Assembly: GCA_963744995.1 (NCBI GenBank)
Contig: CAVUWA010000002.1
Location: forward strand, 1,120,001 to 1,184,000
Direction of reading: 5' to 3'
Length of the DNA stretch: 64,000 nt
Source of the DNA: Candidatus Eiseniibacteriota bacterium
GTDB lineage: Bacteria; Eisenbacteria; RBG-16-71-46
Positions within the stretch are counted from its first letter, which is position 1, and the number at the start of each line of letters is the position of its first letter. Position numbers and translations under genes: made by a program. The notes under the pieces are model-generated. The model was not told the DNA's origin. It worked only from the letters and a program-made list of their open reading frames with translations, and did not search any database. Of this stretch, positions 1-8,302 are shown in pieces.

Positions 1-532
1 CGCCGGAGAGCACGATCTCGTGCGCGAGGCTCACGAACGGCCAGTCGGGGTAGGGCAGCGGCGCCAGCAGCCAGGCGAACGCCAGGCACAGCAGCAGGAA
101 CGTGCGGGTCAGACGGTCGCGGCGCTCGCTCCACACCCAGCCGCCGAGCAGCAGGAAGCCGCAGGCCACGGCGAGCAGCGCGGCGCGCAGGCGGCGCTCG
201 GCCTCCGGCAGGTGCCTGGGCAGCAGCGAGACCCGCATCACCCGGCCGTCCCGCTCGATTTCGAGGTCCATGGGGACCCCGGGCAGGGCGTGGGCCAGGG
301 GGCCGCGGGCGCGGGAGATCGAGCGGCCGGCATCGTGCAGCCGGATCACGTCGCCGGGACGGATGCCGGCCTGGTCCCCGGGACCGCCGGGCATGACCGT
401 GGCGACGCGGCGTCCCTGCAAGGACATCCCGCTGTAGGGCTGCATCGGAAGGCTCAGCGCCGTGAGCGCGACCGCCGCGCCGACGGCGAGCAGGAGCCCG
501 GAAAGCACCACGGACAGGGGACCGCGATCCAT
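1..532 (-). CDS. Membrane protein with N-terminal PDZ domain (partial, runs off the window start); probably a membrane sensor or signalling protein
   Basis: Manual translation from ATG 532: MDRGPLSVVLSGLLLAVG...VATVMPGGPGDQAGIRPGDVI (PDZ signature), followed by several TM helices; GAGG upstream. Not in the ORF track because it has no stop in the window. Confidence 0.75.
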   Translation of the reverse strand, partial: MDRGPLSVVLSGLLLAVGAAVALTALSLPMQPYSGMSLQGRRVATVMPGGPGDQAGIRPGDVIRLHDAGRSISRARGPLAHALPGVPMDLEIERDGRVMRVSLLPRHLPEAERRLRAALLAVACGFLLLGGWVWSERRDRLTRTFLLLCLAFAWLLAPLPYPDWPFVSLAHEIVLSG

Positions 533-563
533 GCGGACCTCGCTCGGGAAGGGTGGTCGGGTG

Positions 564-591
564 AGGCTAGCAGCGGAGGGGGCCCTGTCAA
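564..591 (-). promoter_or_regulatory. sigma70-type promoter for the PDZ membrane gene
   Basis: Minus strand TTGACA-N16-TAGCCT with extended TG. Confidence 0.6.
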
Positions 592-640
592 GCCCGCAGG
601 TCAGGATGGACGGAACCCCCGGAATGTGTCTATTCTCGCC

Positions 641-668
641 TTAAGTTACTGGCGGCCTATGCCGATAC
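641..668 (+). promoter_or_regulatory. sigma28 (FliA/WhiG)-type promoter upstream of csrA-flgM
   Basis: TTAAG-N15-GCCGATAC versus consensus TAAA-N15-GCCGATAA, 56 nt before the csrA ATG. Confidence 0.75.
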
Positions 669-724
669 GCTGACTGTCCATGGGTCGGGGTCATCCCGAC
701 GCTGGAGCGGAGGAAGGCTTCACG

Positions 725-937
725 ATGCTGGTCCTAACAAGGAAGTTAGGAGAGAACATCCGGATCGGAGATTCGGTCAAGATCACCGTCCTCGAGGTCC
801 GCTCGGGTCAGGTGAAGCTCGGCATCGAAGCGCCGCCGGAAGTAAAAGTGCACCGGGAAGAGATCTATGCCCGCATCCAGGAAGAGAACCGCCGAGCCCA
901 TGGTCCGTCCGCGCGCGACACCAAGAAAGAAGGCTGA
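725..937 (+). CDS. csrA: Carbon storage regulator CsrA/RsmA
   Basis: [16 protein letters not shown]...[31 protein letters not shown]. Confidence 0.97.
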   Translation: MLVLTRKLGENIRIGDSVKITVLEVRSGQVKLGIEAPPEVKVHREEIYARIQEENRRAHGPSARDTKKEG

Positions 938-1007
938 GCCGGGCGCGGTGCTCACAGGGTCCGGACGCAGGCGGTCCGCCGGAAAGCGCGCCGCCGCCGA
1001 AGGCAAC

Positions 1008-1205
1008 ATGGCCGGCACGACGCCCGGGACCGGGCGCAGGCGGAAGCGCGGCGGGCCGACCGAGTGGACCCGCCCCGAAGACGAGAAGATCCGCTGGTCG
1101 CGGGTGCTGTCCGCGCAGGCGCGTATCGCTTCGGACTTCTACGAGCGCGAGGACGTGAAGGCTTTTCTGGTGGACGCCGTGCTCGAGGAACTCTCGCGCC
1201 ACTGA
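1008..1205 (+). CDS. FlgM-like anti-sigma28 factor (65 aa)
   Basis: Disordered N-terminus, then IRWSRVLSAQARIASDFYEREDVKAFLVDAVL, resembling the FlgM C-terminal R..KV..LK..I..G.Y...IA..L pattern; located after csrA and near fliA. Confidence 0.65.
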   Translation: MAGTTPGTGRRRKRGGPTEWTRPEDEKIRWSRVLSAQARIASDFYEREDVKAFLVDAVLEELSRH

Positions 1206-1232
1206 ACCGCCGTCCATACGGGATTTTCCACG

Positions 1233-1259
1233 GCCCGCCGGCCTCCGCCGGCGGGCTTT
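1233..1259 (+). terminator. Probable intrinsic terminator after csrA-flgM
   Basis: GCCCGCCGGC-CTCC-GCCGGCGGGC followed by TTT. Confidence 0.6.
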
Positions 1260-1305
1260 GGTCTGCGCTCCGGATTTGCCATACTGCCGCGGCGATGGAG
1301 CGCTC

Positions 1306-2499
1306 ATGCCGTTGACGAAGGAACGTCGCACCGCCCGCCGTGCGCATGCGTCCGCCCGGCCCGCCGATTCGATCGCGCGGGCGCTCATGGCGGACACCGG
1401 CGCGGGTGCGTTGCTGGTGGACCCGGAAGGCCGCGTGGCGGAATTCAATGCCGCCGCGAGCCGGCTGCTGTCGCTCGCCGGCGCGCGAGTGCGGGGGCGC
1501 ATGGCGGCCGATCTGTTGCGCACGGTGGTGGCCGGCGAGGACCTCGTGCGCGAATCGCTCAGGCGCGCGCAGACCGAACGCGAGGCGCGGCTCTCGGGAA
1601 GCGACGGCGGCGACGTGCCGGTGCTGTTCCGCAGCTATCGGGTGGGCCAGCCGCCGTGGCTGGTCATCACGCTGCACGACCTGACCCAGCACCACCGTCT
1701 GCAGCAGGAGCTGCGCCGCCACGAACGGCTGGCGACGCTGGGGCAGCTCTCAGCCGGGGTGGCGCACGAGATCCGCAATCCGCTCGCCGGGATCGGCACC
1801 AGCGCCCAGGTGCTGCTCAAACGCTTCGAGCCGCGCGACGAGCGCATCCGCTTCGTCCAGGTGATCCTCGACGAGGTCTCCCGCCTCGATCGCATCGTCA
1901 CGAGCCTGCTCCAGTACGCGCGGCCGCGGACGCCGTCGCTGCGGCCGGGCACGCTCGCCGAGTGCGTGGACCACGTCGTCGACCTCGCCGCCGAGCAGAT
2001 CGCCGCGGCACACGTGCGCGTCGAGCGTGACGTGGCGCCCCGGCTGCAGCCGGTATGGGTGGACCAGGATCTCGTCACCCAGGTGCTGCTCAACGTGACG
2101 CTCAACGCCGTCCAGGCGATGCCGCAGGGCGGGACGCTGCGCTACGAGATCCGCAAGGTGATGCGCCGGGTGCCCCCACGCGGTCCCGGGCGCCGCGCCG
2201 CCGACCGCGCGCGTGCGGCCGGGCGCCGTGCCGCGCCGAAGCTCGCCTGGCAGCAGATCCGCGTCAGCGACACCGGCGCGGGGATTCCGCGTGGCGTGCT
2301 GTCCAAACTGTTCGATCCGTTCTTCTCGACCAAGCCGCAGGGCACGGGGCTCGGGCTGTCGATCTCCCAGACCATCATGCAGGAGCACGGCGGCGCCATC
2401 GAGGTCGCGAGCCGCGAGGGTCGCGGCACCACGGTGCTGCTCAACTTCCCCCTGGAGAAACGTTATGGCCAAAGGCGACGCTCCGACGCAGACCGCTAG
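1306..2499 (+). CDS. Cytoplasmic PAS-domain histidine kinase (NtrB/FleS-like)
   Basis: PAS-like region, H-box AGVAHEIRNPL, N-box QVLLNVTLNAVQAM, DTGAGI, FDPFFSTK and GTGLGL. Confidence 0.93.
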   Translation: MPLTKERRTARRAHASARPADSIARALMADTGAGALLVDPEGRVAEFNAAASRLLSLAGARVRGRMAADLLRTVVAGEDLVRESLRRAQTEREARLSGSDGGDVPVLFRSYRVGQPPWLVITLHDLTQHHRLQQELRRHERLATLGQLSAGVAHEIRNPLAGIGTSAQVLLKRFEPRDERIRFVQVILDEVSRLDRIVTSLLQYARPRTPSLRPGTLAECVDHVVDLAAEQIAAAHVRVERDVAPRLQPVWVDQDLVTQVLLNVTLNAVQAMPQGGTLRYEIRKVMRRVPPRGPGRRAADRARAAGRRAAPKLAWQQIRVSDTGAGIPRGVLSKLFDPFFSTKPQGTGLGLSISQTIMQEHGGAIEVASREGRGTTVLLNFPLEKRYGQRRRSDADR

Positions 2500-3883
2500 T
2501 CCGCAATCGATTCTCATCGTCGACGACGAGCGCTCGATCCGGTTCGGCATCAGTGAATGGGCGCGCGATGCCGGGTATCAGGCCCACGAAGCCGCGAGCG
2601 GGCGCGAGGCGCTGGAGCGGCTGCGCGAGCACGCCGTGGATGCCATCATCCTCGACCTGAAGCTCGGCGACGTGGACGGGCTTCAGGTGTTGAAGCGCGT
2701 GCGCGAGGAGGACACCGGCGTGCCGGTGATCATGCTGAGCGCGCACGCCAGCTTCGATCACGTGGTCCAGGCCATCAAGCTCGGTGCGTTCTGGTTCCTG
2801 CCGAAGCCGCTCGACACCGAGCAGCTCGGGGCGCTGCTGCAGCTGGCGCTCGAGAACGCGCGCCTCAAGCGCGAGGTCGAGCTGCATCGCAAAGAGCGCC
2901 TGCAGCCGCTGATCGGCGACAGCCAGGGCTTGAGGCGCGCGCTGCAGCTGCTGGAGAAGGCCGGCAAGAGCCGCGACGCGACCGTGCTGATCCACGGCGA
3001 GACCGGCGCGGGGAAGGGCCTGCTCGCGCGCTACCTCCACGCGCACAGCGCGCGCGCCGAGGGGCCGTTCGTCGAGCTCAACTGCAGTGCGATCCCGGAG
3101 CAGCTGCTGGAGAGCGAGCTCTACGGCCACGAAAAGGGCGCCTTCACCGACGCGAAGCGCTTCAAGAAGGGCCTGTTCGAGCTGGCCGACGGCGGCACGG
3201 TGTTCCTCGACGAGATCGGGGAGATGACGCCCGGCCTGCAGGCCAAGCTCCTGCACGTGCTCGAGACGCGCACCTTCCGGCGCGTCGGCGGCAACGCCGA
3301 CGTCACCGTGGACGTGCGGGTGGTCGCCGCGACGCACCGCGATCTCAAGAAGGCCGTGGCGGAGGGCCGCTTCCGCGAGGACCTCTACTTCCGGCTCAAC
3401 GTGGTGCCGATCGTGGTGCCGCCGCTGCGCGATCGGGTCGACGACATCCGCGTGCTCACCGACCACTTCCTCCAGCACTATTGCCGCGACCTCGGCCGCG
3501 CGACGGTGCGCGTGCATCCCGATGCGCTCAAGGCGATGCTGGCCTACCGCTGGCCCGGCAACGTGCGCGAGCTCAAGAACGTCATCGAGCGCGTGCTGCT
3601 GCTCGAGGCCGAGGACGAAATCCGCGCCGAACATCTGCCCTCCGAAATGCACGGCGCGAGGCCCGCTGCGGGCGATTCCGATCCGTTTCCGGCCGGCGTG
3701 GTGCGTCCGCTCGCCGAGATCGAGCGCATGGCGATCGAGCACGCGCTGCAGGTCTGCGATCGCAACAAGACGAAGGCGGCGCAGCTGCTCGGCATCTCCC
3801 GGCAGACGCTCCGGACGAAGCTCAAGGAGTTCGTGCCGGACGCCGATAACGACGACGCCACGGAGATGGACGACACCCCCTGA
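2465..3883 (+). CDS. sigma54-dependent response regulator (REC-AAA+-Fis HTH, NtrC family)
   Basis: ILIVDDE receiver, [54 protein letters not shown]. Confidence 0.95.
   Translation: MAKGDAPTQTASPQSILIVDDERSIRFGISEWARDAGYQAHEAASGREALERLREHAVDAIILDLKLGDVDGLQVLKRVREEDTGVPVIMLSAHASFDHVVQAIKLGAFWFLPKPLDTEQLGALLQLALENARLKREVELHRKERLQPLIGDSQGLRRALQLLEKAGKSRDATVLIHGETGAGKGLLARYLHAHSARAEGPFVELNCSAIPEQLLESELYGHEKGAFTDAKRFKKGLFELADGGTVFLDEIGEMTPGLQAKLLHVLETRTFRRVGGNADVTVDVRVVAATHRDLKKAVAEGRFREDLYFRLNVVPIVVPPLRDRVDDIRVLTDHFLQHYCRDLGRATVRVHPDALKAMLAYRWPGNVRELKNVIERVLLLEAEDEIRAEHLPSEMHGARPAAGDSDPFPAGVVRPLAEIERMAIEHALQVCDRNKTKAAQLLGISRQTLRTKLKEFVPDADNDDATEMDDTP
3822..3849 (+). promoter_or_regulatory. sigma28-type promoter embedded in the 3' end of the activator gene
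   Basis: TCAAG-N15-GCCGATAA, same spacing as the csrA promoter. Confidence 0.55.
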
Positions 3884-3892
3884 CGTCCCTCC

Positions 3893-3916
3893 GCGGAGCG
3901 GCGCAAACCGCTCCGC
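3893..3916 (+). terminator. GC-rich hairpin after the activator stop codon (no U tract)
   Basis: GCGGAGCGG-CGCAAA-CCGCTCCGC. Confidence 0.4.
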
Positions 3917-4187
3917 CTGCGCGCGCCGCCGATCAGGATCCGTTCGGGCCGCCCGATCGGGCGGTTCGATGCTGGGCGGGCGATTTGCATGCGCCCCTTC
4001 GGCAACTGCACGATTTCCAGCCGCCCTCAGCGTGCAAACGGCCTCTGCCGATCCGCTCCACCGCCCTCGCCCGACCCCATAAATCGCGCTGATCCAAGCG
4101 AATGACCGCGGTTTTGACCGCGGTTACGCAGTCTTCCGCGCCCTCCGTGGACCCGTGTCCTGCATGCCCGCCGCGTACGCGGCGTGA

Positions 4188-4204
4188 CTGGCACGCGCGG
4201 TGCA
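4188..4204 (+). promoter_or_regulatory. sigma54 -24/-12 promoter of the fliA operon
   Basis: CTGGCACGCGCGGTGCA: GG-N10-GC with TGGCACG and TGCA; 43 nt before ATG 4248; directly downstream of a sigma54 activator gene. Confidence 0.85.
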
Positions 4205-4247
4205 AATGAGCCTCGCGCACCGCACTTCCCACGGAGACCCCGATCCC

Positions 4248-4640
4248 ATGCCGCACATTCTCATCGTCGAAGACGAACCCACCACCGCCTGGGCGCTCGC
4301 CGAAGGTCTGTCGGACGACGGCTACACGATCGACACCTTCCGCACCGGCGAAGAAGCCTGGCAGTGGTTGCAGAGCGGCGAGAGCGATCTCGTGATCTCC
4401 GACCTCCGCCTGCCGGGCATGAGCGGCCTCGAGCTCGCACGCAAGCTGCGTCGCGGCCGCCATGCGCAGCCGGTGATCATCGTCACCGCCTACGGCACCC
4501 CCGAGATGCTCGACAAGATCCGTCGCGCCGGGGTCGCCGACTGTTTTCCGAAGCCGTTCCCGGTCGACATGCTGCGCCGCTCCGTGCGGCAGGCGCTCGA
4601 CGCGAACGGCGATCGCCGTCGCCTGCGGAAGGCCGCGTGA
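4248..4640 (+). CDS. Single-domain response regulator (receiver only)
   Basis: ILIVEDE, DLVISDLRLPGMSG, VIIVTAYG, KPF; GGAG RBS. Confidence 0.92.
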   Translation: MPHILIVEDEPTTAWALAEGLSDDGYTIDTFRTGEEAWQWLQSGESDLVISDLRLPGMSGLELARKLRRGRHAQPVIIVTAYGTPEMLDKIRRAGVADCFPKPFPVDMLRRSVRQALDANGDRRRLRKAA

Positions 4641-4945
4641 GCGCGCGCGGCCGTGACAGGGGCGACGCGCTGCCGCGCGTGCTGCCCTTCGACAGCCGGC
4701 GCCGGATCGCCGCGGTGCTCGAGCGCTGCACGCGCACCGAGCGGGCGATGCTCGCCCTGCTGCTCTACGAGCGGCTTTCGACCGGAGAGACGGCCGACGC
4801 ACTCGGCGTCCCGGCCGGCGAGGTCGAGCGCGTCTACGGGGGGCTCATGCGCAGGCTGGACGGCGCGCTCGAGAGCGGCGCCCTGCCGCGCACGCGCCGT
4901 GCCCGCCCGAAGGACGAAGACGTCGAGTTGAGGAAAGCCTCTTGA
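4637..4945 (+). CDS. Stand-alone sigma factor region-4 protein, similar to the C-terminus of FliA
   Basis: GTGA overlap with the upstream gene; ERAMLALLLYERLSTGETADALGV aligns without gaps to FliA ERLVVALYYYEHLTLKEIGRALGI. Confidence 0.75.
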   Translation: MSARGRDRGDALPRVLPFDSRRRIAAVLERCTRTERAMLALLLYERLSTGETADALGVPAGEVERVYGGLMRRLDGALESGALPRTRRARPKDEDVELRKAS

Positions 4946-5217
4946 GCGCCCCGCGCCCGGTGACCCCGGCGGCCGACCGCCGCGCCGCGCTGCCGGCGGG
5001 GCTCGACCAGCGGCTCGATCACATCGCCCGCGCCCGGGCCACGCTGGCCGAAGAGGCCCGCCGCCTCGAGCGCATCGGCTTCGAAGATCCGCTGTGCCGC
5101 TGCCGCGAGGAGCGCCGTTACTGGGACTTCCTCGCCGCGCTGCACGCCATGGCCGTCCCGGCCGCACCGGCCTTCGCCGACGCGCCGCTGCCGCGATCCT
5201 CCCGGAGGTTCGCGTGA
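4942..5217 (+). CDS. Small hypothetical protein (91 aa, helical)
   Basis: TTGA and GTGA overlaps couple it to both neighbours; no family recognised. Confidence 0.65.
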   Translation: MSAPRPVTPAADRRAALPAGLDQRLDHIARARATLAEEARRLERIGFEDPLCRCREERRYWDFLAALHAMAVPAAPAFADAPLPRSSRRFA

Positions 5218-6110
5218 GCGGGCGGCGGCGCGATCCCGGTCCCGGCCTGAACGTCATGCGCGGCGCCGGCGACGTCCCGCGCGAGGACGCCGACCACCCG
5301 GCCAACTGGACCCGCCCGCGCGCCCGCACGGTGGTGGTCGCGAGCGGCAAAGGGGGCGTCGGCAAGAGCAACCTCGCCGCGAATCTCGCGGTCGAGCTCG
5401 GCGCGCGCGGCGCGCGCGTCCTGCTGCTCGACGCGGACTTCTCGCAGGCGAACCTCGACCTGCTGCTCGGGCTGCACCCGCGCTACGACCTGCAGCACGT
5501 CGTGTCGGGGGAGCGCACCATGGAGGAGATCGCGGTCGAGGGCCCGCGCGGCGTGATGCTCGTGCCGGCCGCTTCCGGCGTGCCCGAGCTCGCCGATCTG
5601 GACGACTTCCGGCGCGAGGCGCTGCTGCGCGGCCTCGGCCATCTCGACAAGGACGTGGACCTCGTGCTGATCGACACGGCCTCCGGCGTGTCGCGCCAGG
5701 TCACGTCGTTCTGTCTCGCGGCGGACGAGGTCATCGTGATGACCACGCCCGAGATGCCTTCGTTCTCCGACGCGTACGGCCTCGTCAAGGTGCTGCATGG
5801 CCACGGGCTGGCGCGTGCGCCGCAGCTGGTCGTCAGCATGGCGACCGGCGCGGAGGAGGCGGAGGAGACCGCGCACCGGATTCGACTGGTCGCGCGGCGG
5901 TTCCTGAACCTGGACATGCCCTTCCTGGGCGCCGTGCCCTTCGATCCCGCGGTGGCGAGCGCCGTGCGCCGGCAGGAGCCGGTCTTGACGGCCTATCCCC
6001 AGTCCCCCGCGGCGCAGGCGTATCGCGCGCTTTCCCGGAAGCTCTGGCAGCCGGTTCAACCGGATCCCGCCGCCGATCGCCCGACGCTTCATCGTCTCCA
6101 GGCTTCCTAG
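5214..6110 (+). CDS. flhG: MinD/ParA-family ATPase, FlhG/FleN type
   Basis: ASGKGGVGKSN deviant Walker A, DADFSQANLDLLLG, LIDTASG, TTPEMPSFSDAY; directly upstream of fliA. Start may instead be ATG 5256. Confidence 0.85.
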   Translation: MSGRRRDPGPGLNVMRGAGDVPREDADHPANWTRPRARTVVVASGKGGVGKSNLAANLAVELGARGARVLLLDADFSQANLDLLLGLHPRYDLQHVVSGERTMEEIAVEGPRGVMLVPAASGVPELADLDDFRREALLRGLGHLDKDVDLVLIDTASGVSRQVTSFCLAADEVIVMTTPEMPSFSDAYGLVKVLHGHGLARAPQLVVSMATGAEEAEETAHRIRLVARRFLNLDMPFLGAVPFDPAVASAVRRQEPVLTAYPQSPAAQAYRALSRKLWQPVQPDPAADRPTLHRLQAS

Positions 6111-6127
6111 ACCCAAGGAGTCGCCCC

Positions 6128-6964
6128 ATGCCCCGCGCCGCCGTCAGCACCGGAACGAGCCGTCGCCCGCCGTCCCGCATGATTCCCGCCGTTCGCCGCG
6201 GCACGCCGCGCCCCGTCCCGCCGGCCGCTCATCCGGTGACCTACGGGAAGGACGACCTGCTGAAGCGGTTCGCGCCGCTGGTGCGCCACGTCGTCGAACG
6301 CGTCGCGGCGAGCCTGCCGAAGAACGTGGATCACGAGGACCTGTACTCGGCGGGCGTGTTCGGCCTGCTCGACGCGCACGCCAAGTTCGACACCGGCAAG
6401 GGGGTGAAGTTCGAGACCTACGCCGTGTGGCGCATCAAGGGTGCCGTACTGGACCAGTTGCGCGCGCTCGACTGGGTGTCGCGTTCGATGCGGCGCAAGG
6501 CCCGCAACCTCGACGGCGTGACGCGCAAGCTCGACCAGAAGCTCGGCCGCGCGGCGTCCGAAGAGGAAGTCGCGCGCGAGATGAAGATGAACCGTGGCGA
6601 GTTCTACCGCCTGCTCGACCACGTGCGCGGCGCCGTGCTGGTGTCGCTCGACGAGAGCCGCTCCGGCGACGACCAGGACCAGTCGACGCTGGCCGACCAG
6701 CTCGCCGATCCGCAGGCCGTGGACATCGAGGGCCGCCTCGAGCGCGATCAGGTGCGCCACGTGGTGCTGCAGACGCTGGATCACCTGCCCGAGCAGGAGC
6801 GCCTCGTGGTCGCCCTCTACTACTACGAACATCTGACGCTCAAGGAAATCGGCCGCGCCCTCGGCATCTCCGAATCGCGCGTGTCGCAGGTCCACACCCG
6901 GGCGATGTCGCGCCTGCGCCTGCGCCTGCACAAGGCACTGCACGACGGCGAGGGTCTCGTATGA
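6128..6964 (+). CDS. fliA: RNA polymerase sigma factor sigma28, FliA/WhiG family
   Basis: DLYSAGVFGLLDA..KFD..KGVKFETYAVWRIKGAVLDQLRALDW, LTLKEIGRALGISESRVSQVH; AAGGAG RBS. Confidence 0.95.
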   Translation: MPRAAVSTGTSRRPPSRMIPAVRRGTPRPVPPAAHPVTYGKDDLLKRFAPLVRHVVERVAASLPKNVDHEDLYSAGVFGLLDAHAKFDTGKGVKFETYAVWRIKGAVLDQLRALDWVSRSMRRKARNLDGVTRKLDQKLGRAASEEEVAREMKMNRGEFYRLLDHVRGAVLVSLDESRSGDDQDQSTLADQLADPQAVDIEGRLERDQVRHVVLQTLDHLPEQERLVVALYYYEHLTLKEIGRALGISESRVSQVHTRAMSRLRLRLHKALHDGEGLV

Positions 6965-7359
6965 ACCCCGAGGACGCGCCGGACGCCCTGCCCCGACCGC
7001 CCTACGAGCCGCTGCGCGACGGACTGCTCGGTTTCGCGGCGACCCTGCGCGGGGCCGGTGAGACCGAAGCGGCGGGGCGCCTCGAAGCCATGGTCGAGAA
7101 CTGGTGGGGCGAGCAGCAGGCCTGGAACGAAGCGTTCTCGAACCGGCTGCGTCTGTACCACGAAATCAACAACGCCCTGGTCGGCGTGCGCGGCAACGCG
7201 CAGCTGCTGCTGCTCGGTCCGACCGGCGAAGAACCCGAGGTGCGACAGCGCCTGGAGGTCATGATCCGTGAATCCACCCGCATCAAGGAAGCGGCCAGCC
7301 GGCTCCGCGAACTCCGCCAGGGGTTCCCGGGCGCGGGAAACGCATCCCGTGCCGCGTGA
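6961..7359 (+). CDS. Histidine-kinase dimerisation/phosphoacceptor (DHp)-only protein
   Basis: YHEINNALVGVRGNAQLL H-box, no HATPase domain; ATGA overlap with fliA. Confidence 0.75.
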   Translation: MNPEDAPDALPRPPYEPLRDGLLGFAATLRGAGETEAAGRLEAMVENWWGEQQAWNEAFSNRLRLYHEINNALVGVRGNAQLLLLGPTGEEPEVRQRLEVMIRESTRIKEAASRLRELRQGFPGAGNASRAA

Positions 7360-8302
7360 GCGCCGCGGCGATGCGGCGGCCGCGAAGGACGAGCGCGGCG
7401 CCGCCGCGTCCCCCGGCCTCGAGCGGCGCCGTGCGTCGCGCGCCCTGTGGTCCGCATGCGAGGCGGTGCTCTCGGCTTCGGTCGATCCGCGCGCGCTGAA
7501 CCGCGCGCTGGACGGGCTGCAACGGGCGTTCGACTGCGAGGGCGTGGCGCTTCATGCGCTCGGCCCGTCGGGCGGGATCGAACCCTGGTGCGCGCGCGGC
7601 GCGTGGCAGACCTCGCCGGGCGACCTGCGCGCGTGCGTGAGCGTGCCGCTCTACCGCGGCGTCGAACAGGTCGGCTCGCTGGACCTGCTCGGCCGCGCCG
7701 GCCAGCGCTGGTCGGCCGCGCAGCTCGGCCTGGTGCGCACCGCTTCGGGCGCGCTCGGCAGCGCGCTCGGCGCCTGTTTCGAGCTGCGCCGCCTGCGCGA
7801 GCAGCCCGGGCGCGATCCGGTCACGGGGCTTCCCGACGCACGCGCGTTCGGCGCGCGACTCATCGAAGAACTGGCGCGGGCGCGCCGTCACGGTCTGCCG
7901 CTCGCGCTGATCACCTTCGACATCGACCACTTCGGTGCGCTCAACGAGCGTTACGGCCGCAAGGTCGGCGACGCATTGCTCGCCGAAGCGGCGCTCGTGC
8001 TCAAACTCACCCTGCGCGAGTCCGACGTGCTGGCGCGGCTCGGCGGCGACGCCTTTGCGGCCCTGCTGCCGGAGGCCGACGTCACGCCGGCGCGGCGCGC
8101 CGCGGAGCGCGTGCGCAAGGCGCTCGAAGAGCACCACTTCCCGCGCGTGAGCCGCATCAGCGCCTCGGCCGGGATCGCCACGAGCCCGCGCGACGGAATC
8201 GAGGCCGTGGAGCTGATGAACGCCATGGACCGGGCGCTCTCGATCGCGAAGAAGTCCGGCCGCCGCCGGATCGCGACGCTCGAAAGCGGTCACACCCACT
8301 GA
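7349..8302 (+). CDS. GAF-like plus degenerate GGDEF-domain protein (GGDAF)
   Basis: DPVTGLPD, DIDHF, RESD I-site, RLGGDAF; start uncertain (GTG 7349 or 7268). Confidence 0.85.
   Translation: MPRERRGDAAAAKDERGAAASPGLERRRASRALWSACEAVLSASVDPRALNRALDGLQRAFDCEGVALHALGPSGGIEPWCARGAWQTSPGDLRACVSVPLYRGVEQVGSLDLLGRAGQRWSAAQLGLVRTASGALGSALGACFELRRLREQPGRDPVTGLPDARAFGARLIEELARARRHGLPLALITFDIDHFGALNERYGRKVGDALLAEAALVLKLTLRESDVLARLGGDAFAALLPEADVTPARRAAERVRKALEEHHFPRVSRISASAGIATSPRDGIEAVELMNAMDRALSIAKKSGRRRIATLESGHTH

Noticed and set aside
601..626. Four GGA motifs (CAGGATGGACGGAA...GGAATG) upstream of csrA as CsrA sites
   Set aside because: They lie upstream of the predicted sigma28 start site, so they would not be in that transcript.
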